Shown in pieces: positions 36,901 to 48,575 of a stretch of 64,000 nucleotides of DNA; positions within the stretch are counted from its first letter, which is position 1, and each line of letters starts with the position of its first letter. Source of the stretch: Octopus sinensis (Eukaryota); NCBI RefSeq assembly GCF_006345805.1, contig NC_043024.1, forward strand, positions 15,438,001 to 15,502,000, read 5' to 3'. The notes beneath the pieces are model-generated. The model made no database searches and was not told the origin of the DNA. It saw only the letters and a program-made list of their open reading frames with translations. Made by a program: the position numbers and the translations under genes.

Positions 36901-37626
36901 TTAGTTTTAAGGTATCAATTCTGTTGTGGCAGGCACCAGTTGTACACAATATACCATGCCAACTTGTGAGCTAGAAAATATGGTAATTAACCAACTAATT
37001 AATTTCAACTTTGAAGTGTAACTCTTTGCTGGAAACAGTGATTGGTAAGTCACTTACGAAAGAAAGGTAAGCCAACTTTTACACAAAGATGAACTTGGCG
37101 GAGCCAAAGTTCCGTGTGAAAGGCAGCAGGATTCAGAATGATAGAGACAATGGTTGAATGTTTACACTAAATACTATGCCAACTTGTATGCTAGAGAATA
37201 TGGTAATTAATTGACTAATTAATGTCAGCTTTGAAGTGTATTTCTTTGTTAGAAATAGAGATTGGATGTCAAGTGTCAGAGTTAATGTGAGGCGAATGGG
37301 GAATAGTTCAAGAACTGAAGATAAAGAATGTGGGTGTGAGTAAATGTGTGTGTGTGTGTAGGTGGGTGTGGGGTGTGGGGTGTGTGTGTGTGGGTGTGCA
37401 CTTCGTTGCATGCATGTGGGTGGGAAAATGTGATGGGGCTTCTCAAGACTTACTTATTTTGGTATAATGGAATTTAGGGAACAATTAAAAAGTAAATATA
37501 ATTATCTCTGCAAATGGCAGCTTGCCTTAGAATATAATAGAACATAAAAATAGAGACCAATTCTTAATGTCCATATGAGGTGAACAACAGACCGAGGCTG
37601 GGGAGACTAAATACATAGTAACAAGA

Positions 37627-37687
<61 letters not shown>

Positions 37688-37949
37688 TGTGTGGAATAAG
37701 TTGTGATTTGTAAAGCTGGCAAATTTTGAGAAATACCGAAATTTAGGGACTGAATAAAATTAGTACAGTTTCTTATCTTAATGAAGTAAATAAACAGCAA
37801 TTTGCTTGTTGTAGAATCTAAAAATAGAGTTTAAAATGTCAGAGTTTATAGGAGATAGGCAGTAGATGAATGCCAGAAAGGGTGGATGTGTGTGGGAGAA
37901 AGTTTACACACACACGCACAGACACAGACATACACACAGAAATATAATA

Positions 37950-38172
37950 AGGTGGCGAGCTGGCAGAAACGTTAGCACACCCAGCAAAATGCTTTGTGGT
38001 ATTTTGTCTGCCGTTACGTTCTGAGTTCAAATTCCGCCGAGGTCGACTTTGCCTTTCATCCTTTTGGGGCTGATTAAGTAAGTACCAGTCACACACTGGG
38101 GTCAATGTAATTGACTTAATCTCTTGTTTGTCCCCTTTATGTTTAGCCCCTTGTAGGCAATAAAGAAATAAG
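37950..38172 (+). mobile_element. SINE F1
   Basis: Complete head, core and tail. Confidence 0.82.
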
Positions 38173-38751
38173 AATACAAAAAGCACAATTCCGCTGGGCT
38201 GGGCATGTTGCAAGACTCGCAAGCAACAAGCGGATAAGGATAAAGGTCTTTCCCAAGTCATACTGACTTACAGTTTCTCAGGTATATAAACATTTCTTCC
38301 CCTGGATGGGCTGCTAGTCCCTTGCAGGGTTACTCATTTTTGCCAGCTGAGGGAAGTGAAGCAACATGAAATAAATTGTCTTGCTCAAGAACATAATGCA
38401 CTGCCAAGTCTAGGAACATCTATGTGGTCATTTGGACTGCTAGAAATAGCAGCAAAAATCATCTGAGTATAATATAATTTTGTATATAAATGCAAACACA
38501 TACATATAGATACACATATACACATGTCAAGGATATAAAAGAAAATAAATACAATTAAAAGATACAAAATATATTTTATTATTTTTCTTTTCTCAGAGTT
38601 TTTATATCTTAAAGAGGAGTTGTGAGGTTCCTGGTTTTCCAAAAGCCATTCAAAGTCTATGTGAAGTAACATGGCTTCAACCAAGAACCAGAAGCTGATC
38701 CTTTAAGGTGGTTCAATGTAATTTACCATAAATAGATATGGAATATAAACA

Positions 38752-38990
38752 GTAAAGACCCCTTTTGGTCATGAATGACCATGGGATTGCACCTAGAAAG
38801 TCCCCTTCTGAGGCACAAGTCTGGACAAGATTTTTTCTGGAAGACCAGTAGTCACCCATGCATACCAGCCTCCCCTCTCCACCCCACTGATGTTGCTCAA
38901 GGGAAAGGCGAAGGCTGATAAAGCATGGCACCAGTGACGTCACAACTCTTTTCTTCAGATGAGTGAACTGGAACAACATAAAATAAAGTA
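38752..38990 (-). mobile_element. SINE-like family F5 (second copy at about 59885-60050, + strand)
   Basis: ggagaggggaggctggtatgcatggg...ggtgcaatcccatggtcatt shared between both loci. Confidence 0.7.
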
Positions 38991-39487
38991 TCACACAGTG
39001 GGACTGAACCTGGAACCATGTGGTTGGGAAGCAAGCCTACCACACAGTCACATTTGTGCCTAGGTACACAATAATGCTTACTGAGAGAACAGGTTTCAGT
39101 GGCCAAAAATATGCTGAGCTGTGTTAAAATGTTAGAGAAAGAATCCAACCTGTTCTTTGCAATAAATACATCAGAGGCAAAATTTTTCATGAAACTTTAG
39201 AATATTAACATGGATCCACAATTTACTGCTTTGCTTTTGTGGATGCCCCCAAATCTTGTATGGATCATCAGGGGTCACATGGACCCTGGTTAAGAATCAC
39301 TGTTTTATAGTTTCAACTTTGCACCTGTGTAGAAATGGCATCCCTAATTGAGAGTTAAATCTTGATACAAAACTTTTCCCTTTGCCCCATTTATAAGTCA
39401 CACCTCAGGTCCTGCAGTTAAAATAAAAAATAAAATAGTACAATATATATATGAGTAAAAATGGTATATTTTCTTCCAGCAAAGCAT

Positions 39488-39718
39488 AGCGGCAAGCTAG
39501 CAGAAACGTTAGCACGCCAGGCGAAATGCTTAGTGGTATTTCGTCTGCCGCTACTTATTGAGTTCAAATTCCACCAAGGCCGACTTTGCCTTTCATCCTT
39601 TTGGGGTCGATAAATTAAGTACCAGTTACACACTGGGGTCGATGTAATCAACTTAATCCCTTTTTCTGTCCTTGTTTGTCCCCTCTATGTTTAGCCCCCT
39701 GTGAGCAATAAAGAAATA
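39488..39718 (+). mobile_element. SINE F1
   Basis: Complete head, core and tail. Confidence 0.82.
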
Positions 39719-39952
39719 AGAAATAATAAAAGCATGGCCAATATTTCTACAGTAGGAATATATCTGAATTAATTGCCCCTATTTCTGCTACTAATTCTCT
39801 CTTCAGAATGGCCCATAATATATAACCTTTGAGTAATCTTATTTCTGTGAATTGTGGTATATATCACTCAACAAGAACTTGTAATGTGGAGCTATTTCAA
39901 ACTGTGTCTCCTTCTTACTGCTGATTTTTTTCAAGGTTATATAAAAGGATGT

Positions 39953-40255
39953 GGAGGTGCAATGGCCCAGTGGTTAGGGCAGCGGACTCGCGGTCGGAGG
40001 ATCGCAGTTTCGATTCCCAGACTGGGTGTTGTGTGTGTTTATTGAGCAAATACACCTAAAGCTCCACGAGGCTCCAGCAGGGTCGGGGAGCGACCCCTGT
40101 TGTACTCTTTCACCCCAACTTTCTCTCACTCTTTCTTCCTGTTTCTTGAGTAACGCTGCGATGGGCTGGCGTCCCGTCCAGCTGGGGGGAACACATACAC
40201 CACAGAAACTGGGAAACTGGGCCCATGAGCCTGGCTAGACTTGAAAACGGCACAT
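39953..40255 (+). mobile_element. SINE F3 variant
   Basis: A box TGGCCCAGTGG (39963), B box GTTTCGATTCC (40007). Confidence 0.8.
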
Positions 40256-40599
40256 AAAAAAAAATAATATAAAATGATGGTAGATTCTAAGACAGGATCC
40301 GAGAAGAGAGCAATGAGACTGACCTAACCTGCAACTGGTGCCGTTATGGGTCATTCCAAATATCACATACAACATGGCAGTGTTTCTGCAATCACTGATG
40401 TTAATAGAAAGAGAAACCTCATGTGTTTTCAGGACATTGTTGAAAAATTAAGCAACACTTTATTTGCGATAATGAGATCCTTATTATCTTTATCATTATT
40501 AGTGACATTAAGCAATAACTCATTCCACAACCCTCACACACACACACACACACATCCCTTCAGGCATTCTTCTATTTACCATCTTTCTACAACCCCCAC

Positions 40600-41280
40600 T
40601 TTCTTTCTCTTTCCTTCTTTCTTTCACTTTCATTCTTCTCAGTTTCCTTTTTCTCATTCTTTTGACATTTTCATTCTTTTTTCTCTTTCGTCCTTTCTAC
40701 AGTTTCCTTTATAGTTTTCCTTCTTTCATTCTTTTAACAGTTTTCTTTCTTTTTACATTTTCATTCATTTTTCCCTTTCATCTTTTCACAGTTTCTTTCT
40801 TTCTATCTCTTTCATTCTTGTCAGTTTCCTTTTGCTCTTTCATTTCAGTTCCTTTTTCTTTCATTCTTTTGACATTTTCATTATTTTTTCTCTTTCGTCC
40901 TTTTTATAGTTTCCTTCTTTATAGTTTTCCTTCCTTCATTCTTTTAACAGTTTTCTTTCCTTTTACATTTTCATTCATTTTTCTCTTTCATTCTTGTCAG
41001 TTTCCTTTTGCTCTTTCATTTCAGTTCCTTTTTCTTTCATTCTTTTAAGATTTCTTTCTCTTTCATTCTTTTTTCTCTTTCACCTTTTTTAGTTTCCTTC
41101 TTTCTTTCTCTTTCACTCTTTTCTTAGTTTCCTTTTTCTCTTTCATTTCAGTTCCTTTTTCTTTCATTCTTTTTTCTCTTTCATCTTTTCACAGTTTCCT
41201 TCTTCCTTTCTTGTTCATTCTTTTCATTTTCCTCCTTTTCTCTCATTCATTCTTTCCACAGTCCCCATTTTTGTTTCCCC
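40600..41280. repeat. Polypyrimidine degenerate tandem repeat (about 200-bp higher-order unit)
   Basis: ctctttcattctt and cagtttcctt motifs recur; 40665-40860 resembles 40865-41040. Confidence 0.8.
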
Positions 41281-42251
41281 CCCCTTCCCTTCCTCTCATC
41301 TTTCACAATCTCTTTGCATCAGCTCTCCATCCACCTCTCTCATATAAAGTCCGACATTTAAACTCTAATTTTAGATTCTACACCAAACGACCATTTCTTG
41401 ACATCACTACTATGAACTCCCTGGCAGAGATTATATACACAAGGGTCAACTCACTCTCAACCCTAACAAAACCTTCACCAATCAGTGTCCTACAAACACA
41501 GGATGTCTTCCTGCTGACCTCTGCTCCTAATGCTACCGAAAATCCTGACAGGTGATGTGACTGAATCAGGTCCATTGAAGCAAGCTCCACCAGATAATTC
41601 TATCCTAATAACCTGAACAAGCTTTATACTTCTCCACTGGTCTTCCATCAATTCTTTCAGTTATATTTCTATTGAATTACACTGCCTCTGTTTCAATTAA
41701 TTCTGGAAAAGAATTTAGCGCAATAACTTCATCATTATTTACATTCAATGGATATTTGTTTGATAGATGTCACACTGAATGTCCGTGAGAACTAACTACG
41801 TTATGGGTATACATGACTGTGGAGTACTCGACCACTTGCATGTTAATTTCATGAGCAGGCTCTTCCATTGATTGGATCAACTTGAACCCTCGTTGTCATA
41901 ACGGATGGAGAACCAGGCCTGCTAACTCCAGGAGGATTAAAGACAAAGGTGACCTCTTGCATTGGTCTAATAGGGACACAGAATACAAATTCCACCAAGG
42001 TCGACTTTGCCTTTCATCTTTTCGGGGTCGATAAATTAAGTACCAGTTACGCACAGGGGTCGATGTAATCGACTTAATCCCTTTGACTGTCCTTGTTTGT
42101 CCCCTCTATCTATAGCCCCTTGTGGGCAGTAAAGAAATAAGAACCATGGTGTAAGTTCATGCGGGTCTTTATGGCTGAGCAATATATACACCACAGTTGA
42201 AGGAAATAAAGGTACCAGAAGGTTCTGAAGTAAATTCCCACTAAAGTTGTT

Positions 42252-42297
42252 AACACAATGTTTCGGCTGATATACCCTCCAGCCTTCTTCAGGTGTC
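42252..42297 (-). ncRNA. Minimal hammerhead, family A (inverted copy)
   Basis: GACAC-CTGAAGA-A-GGCTG gagggtatat CAGCC-GAAA-CAT-T-GTGTT; core intact, helix III has a CpG-type change. Confidence 0.7.
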
Positions 42298-42577
42298 TTA
42301 GGGAAATTTTGAACCTGGGTTCTCATTCCTAAGGTATTTTTTGAATCATGTATGAAAAAATGGAGACCACCTCCCCCTGTGGTATGAAGTTAAAATAAGA
42401 GACAGAGAACACCACTGGAAAATATGAAAACTAAAAGAAGCAGCAAATATGCTAAGACACAAGAACCTCCTAAGCAGACTGAGTTCAGATATGAGCAGCA
42501 TATGGGAACCAGTATTAAGGTAGGATAGAAAAATATTAGATTTAGAAACCCTAAAATTCACTCCATAATTGCCCATG

Positions 42578-42650
42578 GGCATATGGCATAGTGGTTAAAA
42601 GTGCGGGCTACTGACCCCAAGATTCCAAGTTCGATTCCAAGCAGTGACCT
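42578..42650 (+). promoter_or_regulatory. tRNA-like cassette with Pol III A and B boxes inside the pLTR
   Basis: TGGCATAGTGG (42584-42594), anticodon-like loop CTACTGA/CTACTAA, GTTCGATTCC (42629-42638). Confidence 0.7.
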
Positions 42651-42726
42651 GAATACTAATAATAATAAGAAGAACAACATTGAAAAATACCTTAGAAATG
42701 AGAAGCCAGGTTTGAAATTTCCCCAA

Positions 42727-42772
42727 GACACCTGATGAAGGCTGGAAGGTATATCAGCCGAAATGTTGTGTT
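42727..42772 (+). ncRNA. Minimal hammerhead, family A (forward copy)
   Basis: GACAC-CTGATGA-A-GGCTG gaaggtatat CAGCC-GAAA-TGT-T-GTGTT; the three copies together imply an ancestral ACGT helix III. Confidence 0.72.
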
Positions 42773-42864
42773 AACAACAAACAAGATGAGGACAAATATC
42801 TGTCAAATGTAAATAATTCCTCATCTCTTAAATATAAAACTGAACTTAATCATTATTATTTGCT

Positions 42865-43170
42865 ATTACATTTCTGCTGAAATACAATGTCTTTCTTTCA
42901 AATTATTTTTAAAATAATGAAGAATTTTAGTAAAATAATTTTGTCATTATTAACCCCTTTGTTACTGTATTTCTGTTGAAATACACTGTTTTTGTCTGAA
43001 TTAATTTTGAAAATAATGAAGAATTTATTAAATAACTTTATCATTGTTGACACTTTTATTCCCATACTTCAGTTGAAAGACACTGTCTTTGTTTTAATTA
43101 ATTTCAAAAATAAGAAAGAAATTAATGAATTAACTTTGTCAATAACATATTTCTGTTGAAATATACTGTA
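42865..43170. repeat. About 100-bp degenerate tandem repeat (3-4 units)
   Basis: atttctgttgaaatacactg...aaaataatgaagaattt recurs; related sequence at about 41660. Confidence 0.7.
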
Positions 43171-43302
43171 CTGTAATAATGCATCCACATTAAATAGGGC
43201 ACAAAGATTGAGTTCAGAGCGAATGCAGTTTCCATTGCTAATATTTATTTTCTACTGGCTTTTTGCAACATCAGTAACAGATGTCTACTACTGAGGAAGT
43301 GC

Positions 43303-43378
43303 AGTATGCTGAAATCACAAGATCTGGCAGTTCTGGCGTGGATGCCAGAACTGCCAGATCTTGTGATTTCAGCATACT
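43303..43378. repeat. Perfect 35-bp inverted repeat with a 6-nt loop
   Basis: agtatgctgaaatcacaagatctggcagttctggc GTGGAT gccagaactgccagatcttgtgatttcagcatact. Confidence 0.95.
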
Positions 43379-44319
43379 TCCTAACCATACAGGCATTCCT
43401 GTACCTCTATATATTAAACACTACATCACCACTACCACCACAGTTTAAAATTAACCCTCCCAAAGACTACCTCTTATTTTCCTATTTTCATGACACAAAA
43501 TCCTCTCTTCTCTGAATGTCCATATTCAAATTAAGACCTTCTCTCCATAAGTTTATGTAAAACCCTATTGTTGAGACCAAAAAGACCCAGTTTTTATTAT
43601 GACAAGACAAAAAAGTCAAAAAAATAATGATGAATATTTTTAGTTATTTTGGCCAAAAAAATTCCGAATAAAATTCTATAATGTTTTCAAAATCAATTGA
43701 GGCGTATGAGCATAATATTTCATGAAAAATTATGACTGAGATAGAGTTAAGAAACAGAAATATGCTTTATAATCATATATAACTCATATAACTGAAATAA
43801 TTATTGATAATTTTTTAGAATTAGCAGCAGATACAGAAAAAAGAGAGAAAAACCCGAAATATTTTTACAGAATTTGTATTTTGATATTGAGTTTTTGAAA
43901 GCAATTTTACAATATTCCGTTGTTCAACTTAAAAAAAAATAATTTTAATTTTAACCATTTGAAAACTTTGGTTTTTAAAGAAAAAGAAAATAAATTCAAA
44001 GAAGGTGTCGCATTAAAAGCTATTTTAAATTTTTTAAATAATTTTTTTTTAGTTTTTGGCAATGAAAATATAAAAAAAAAAAAAAAAAAGAGAAAGAATA
44101 GAATGTAGGGCTGAGCTGGGATTTATGTTTTTGCTAACATGCGGGACTTGAAGAGTGATAATTAAATGCAAATGATATTCACTAGGAGAGCATTAACTCA
44201 GCGCTAAGGTTCCAGAATTTTCTGGCAGGGTTATTGATTGAATGTGGCAGAATCAATAAATATTCTTTCTGACCAAAAGCAAAGATGTTCATTTGGTTAC
44301 CTCTTTATGTGATAGAGAA

Positions 44320-45590
44320 GTGGGGGGAGGGAGAGAGAGAGAGAGAGAAGCTATGGGGTTGAGGGAGAGAGAGAGAGAGAAGCTATGGGGTTGAGAGAGA
44401 GAGAGAGAGAGAGAAGCTATGGGGTTGAGAGAGAGAGAGAGAGAAGCTATGGGGTTGAAGGAAAGAGAGAAAGAAGAATGCAAAAGGAGAATGAGGGCAA
44501 GCAGGAGCAAGACAAAGGAGAAAGGGGACAGCAGAACAGATAAAGGATAGAAAAAGAGGGTTAGAATATAAAGAGGGTTAGGGTTAGGGAAAAATAAAGA
44601 AAGCAGAAACTGTAGAAAGAATGAGAGAGAGAGAGAGAGGGAGAGAGGGAGAGAGAGTGACAGACAGACAGACTAATCTTTAAACAGAATGAAAGAGGAG
44701 ACTGCAGAAGAGATGAAGGATAGAAAAAGAGGGGTCAGAAAAATAATGAAAGTGGGAACTGTAGAATGAAAGAAAGAGAGAGAGAGAGAGAGGAGGAGAG
44801 AGAGGTAGAGATACAGAGAGAGACAAAATGAAAGAGAAAGAGGAGCATGCAGAGGGAATAAAAGGGGCTCTACAAATATAGAAAGAGGAAAAGGGTAATG
44901 TAGGAAGAATGAGAGAGAGAGAAAGAGGGAACGTTAGGAAGAATGAAAGAGAGAGAAAGAGGGGACATTAGGAAGAATGAAAGAGAGAGAAAGAGGGGAC
45001 ATTAGGAAGAATGAAAGAGAAGCGATATTAAGAAGCATGAAAGAGAGGTGGGTACTGTAAAAAGAATAAAAAGGAGTTAGAAAGAAGGGACAGTAAGAAG
45101 AAAGAAAAAGAGGGGATTTCAATGAGCATGAAATAGAAAGAGGGAAGTCTATGAAGAATGAAAGAGAGGGGAGGACATGAGGAAGAATGAAAGAGAGAGA
45201 GATGGGGATATGAAGAATAAAAGAGAGAGAGAGGACATTAGGAAAAATTGGGAGAGAGAGGGGGGGATTGTAGGAAGAATGAAAGACAGAGGAGAGTGTG
45301 GAGAGAGATGGAGAGCATGTGTAAGAGAAATGGAAAGATAAAGGGATGCTGAGAAAGTGGGAGAGATGTGAGAGGAGGCAGAGAGAGATACAAAGCGAAT
45401 GGGAGGTGAGGGAGAGATGAGACAGGTGAAGTGGAGAGAGAAAAAGATGAGACAGAGAGGCAGGAGAGAGAGAGAGAGAGAGAGAGAGACAAGATAGAAG
45501 CAGAGTAGGAGAGACAGAGAGGCAGAGAGGGGGATGGAAAGAGAGTGAGAGTAAGAGGAATGAGAGAGAGAAAGAGAGAGGGGGATTATT
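44320..45590. repeat. Polypurine (GA-rich) tract, including 4x agaagctatggggttga(ga)n minisatellite
   Basis: Visible directly. Confidence 0.9.
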
Positions 45591-45639
45591 TTTAAAGAAC
45601 TGTTGACTCCGGCTGTAATCCTCAATAAGAGCAGCTAAT

Positions 45640-46210
45640 GTGTGTGTGTGTATATGTGTGTATGTGTGTTTGTGTGTTTATGTGTCTATGAGTATATGTG
45701 TGAGTGTGTGTGTATGTGTATGCATGCATGTGTATGTTTTTGTATGTGTATGTATGTGTGTGTATGTGTGTGTGTTTGTATGTGTTTGTATGTGTATGTG
45801 TCTATGTGTATGTGTGTAAGCGTGTATGTGTATATGTGTGAATGTGTATGTGTATATGTGTGTGTGTATGTGTATGCATGCATGTGTATGTTTTTGTATG
45901 TATGTGTGTATGTGTTTGCATGTATTTGTATGTGTTTATATGTATGTGTATGTGTTTATATGTATGCGTATGTGTATGTGTTTGCATGTGTGTGTAAGTG
46001 TATGTATGTGTGTATGTGTGTGAGTGCATATGTGTGTAGTTGGTTTTATTACATGGGAGAAACCCTTAAGGAGAATAAATATGGCTAACATTGCCCCCAC
46101 ATGCAACACACAGGGAAACACAATGTGATAATTTAAGGCTATTTACTTCACACTCACTGAATGTTGCTGATGTTGTTGTTGTTGTTGTTGGGAGTAGTAG
46201 TAGTAGTAGC

Positions 46211-46249
<39 letters not shown>

Positions 46250-46268
46250 GGTGGTAGTGGTGGTAGTT

Positions 46269-46299
<31 letters not shown>

Positions 46300-46479
46300 T
46301 AGTGGTAGTAGTAGTGGTGGTGGTGGTAGTGGTGGTGGTGGTAGTTGTAGTAGTAGTAGTAGTAGTAGTAGAGATGGTGGTATTAGTAGTAGTAGAGATG
46401 GTGGTAGTAGTAGTAGTAGTAGTAGAGATGGTGGTAGTTGTAGTAGTAGTAGTAGAGATGGTAGTAGTAGTAGTAGAGA

Positions 46480-46511
<32 letters not shown>

Positions 46512-46570
46512 GAGATGGTGGTAGTAGTAGTAGTAGTAGTAGTAGAGATGGTGGTAGTGATGGTGGTGCT
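45640..46570. repeat. (TG/TATG)n then (GTA/GGT)n compound microsatellites
   Basis: Visible directly; source of poly-S/T/V ORFs. Confidence 0.92.
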
Positions 46571-46779
46571 TAGCCTCAAACCAAGGTCTGACTATACACA
46601 AGCTGTGTGACATTGGTGGTGGCAGCAGTGGTAATGGTTGTGTTGTAAATGGTGATAGTGATGTTGTTGGCGGTGGTGTTGGTGATGGTTGTTGTTAATA
46701 ATAGTTGTGATGGTGATGGTGATGGTGGAGGTGGTAGTGATACTATTGTCATTGTTGTTGATGTTGGTGATGCTGTTGT

Positions 46780-47165
46780 TGTTGGCATAGTTCTTTTATT
46801 CTTTCACTTGCTGCAGTCATTAGACTGCAGCCATGCTGGAGCACTGCCTTCAAGGGTTTTTGTTGAACAAATCAACCCCAGGACATTGTTTTTTAGAACT
46901 TAGAACTTATTCTATTGGACTCTGAGTGAATCGCTAAGTTACAGGGACATAAACACACCAACACCGGTTGTCAAGTGGTGATGGGGGCAGGGACAAACAC
47001 AGACACAAAGATACGCACACACATATATACATATATATACAACAGGCTTCTTTCAGTTTCCATCTACCAAATCCACTTTGGTCAACCTGGGACTATAGTA
47101 GAAGACACTTGCCCAAGGTGCCATACAGTGAGACTGAACCCAGAACCTTGTGGTTGTGAAGCAAG
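46780..47165 (-). mobile_element. SINE F2
   Basis: Reverse complement of the F2 consensus. Confidence 0.8.
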
Positions 47166-47269
47166 CTCCTTTATTTCATTAAATTTGCCACAAGGGCAGT
47201 ACACAGAGAGAAGCTTGAGGGCTAGACAGAGACATTAATGGGATGAATGATGATGATATATGGATGATA

Positions 47270-48155
47270 AGGACGGGAGAAGACGAAAAGCGCCCGCCGA
47301 CTTTTGCTTCTCTAAAACGTTCTTTTTTTTCTGTCTTTTTTAAAAACACAATGAGGCAATAAACCTCTTACACAGTTCAAAATTAAAAATAAAACACAAA
47401 CACGAGGCAATAATCCTCTCACTTTTTACATTTTTAGTCTCTTTTTGAGGTAATACACTTCTTTAATTTTTCCGCCCGGCCAGGCTCCTTGCTTCATCGA
47501 AGCACCTGGTCTGTTCCGAACTTAAAGGTTTCAACATAAATCTGAAGGAGTCCTTTGGGAAGGAGTTCGTTATCTTTCATAGATCGTTCTCCCATAAGAC
47601 CTCCGCAGCCACCTGCGTAGGCCACTCAGGGTCCTCCGTGTAGGACAGAAGCCCCTCCCACCGGCACTTCCTTTCAATTTTTTGGATTTCATTTTGCAAG
47701 GTTCCTCCCTTGTGGAAGAGGACCAAAAATTCCTCCTCCAGCAGCAGACCTGCCAAAGGAGAATCGGGACACGCCGGCAGCGTGTCACAACCTGCCGGCA
47801 ATGTTCCGTTTTTCTTTTTTCTTTTCTTTTTCCCTTGGGCTGTGGGAGGGTGGTGTTCCCTTGCTGTGTCCAGTAGGTCCTCCTTTTCTCCCGCAGCTCT
47901 CGGGTTCTTCGCTTTCATTTTTTCAAGGAGGTTTCCACCTCCTTGACATCCTCCTCCTTCTCTCCCTCCATTGAGGGAGCAGGGAGTGGTTCCTCTGCTA
48001 ACTGCTCAGCCACACCTGTGCCTGATGCTATTATTGCTGTAGTTATTGTAGTTGTTGCTGTTGTTATTGTTAAGCCTCAGATCAAGCCATCACTACATGC
48101 AAATGCCAGTGCTGCTGCTACTGATGTTGTTGTTGTTGCTTCAGACAGCAAATAG
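47270..48155 (-). other. GC-richer, coding-like orphan segment (possible retroelement ORF1 remnant) with twin 3' hairpins
   Basis: Reads TTTITTAIIASGTGVAEQLAEEPLPAPSMEGEKEEDVKEVETSLKK, a frameshift in an A6 run, then MKAKNP...GKKKRKKK...WEGLLSYTEDPEWP. No family recognised. Confidence 0.35.
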
Positions 48156-48289
48156 GCAGAAGTGTCAGAATTCTGAGAGCAAAAGCTTTGCAACGTTGAA
48201 TTCAGTTCCTTGTATTCTGTGTCCCTATTAAACCAATGCCAAAGGTCACCTTTGCCTTTAATCCTCCTGGAGTTAGCAGGCCAGGCTCT

Positions 48290-48575
48290 CCATCCGTTAC
48301 GACAACGAGGGTTCGAGTTGAGCCGATCAACGGAAGAGCCTGCTCATGAAATTAACATGCAAATGGTTGAGTACTCCACAGTCATGTATACCCATAACGT
48401 AGTTAGTTCTCAGGGAGATTCAGTGTGATACAGAGTGTGACAAGACTGGCCCCTTTGAATTACAAGTACTACTCATTTTAGTCAGCTGAGTGGACTGGAG
48501 AAATGTGAAATAAAGTGTCTTGCTCAAGGATACATTGCACTGCCAGGAATCGAACCCACAACTGTACGATTGTGA
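48290..48575 (-). mobile_element. SINE with a different head but the F3 3' module
   Basis: Head ...gggttcgattcctggc, ccttgagcaagacactttatttcac, then the F3-type tail. Confidence 0.7.

Larger units (their letters stand above)
42246..42845 (+). mobile_element. 5'-truncated Penelope-like insertion: inverted partial pLTR, GIY-YIG C-terminus, forward pLTR (family A)
   Basis: 42344-42523 translates NHV*KNGDHLPLWYEVKIRDREHHWKI*KLKEAANMLRHKNLLSRLSSDMSSIWEPVLR*, matching the PLE endonuclease C-terminal pattern H..W..V.I.D.E.HW..RK.KEA...L.R...IW.P.L. 42246-42342 is the reverse complement of 42682-42778. Confidence 0.8.

Noticed and set aside
39953-40030. tRNA-like sequences at SINE heads as tRNA genes
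   Set aside because: They lack a clean acceptor stem and run into SINE bodies; treated as Pol III promoter heads.
41211-41590. Non-repetitive ORFs of 70-114 aa on both strands
   Set aside because: No recognisable motifs or splice structure; could be an old LINE scrap, but I cannot support it.
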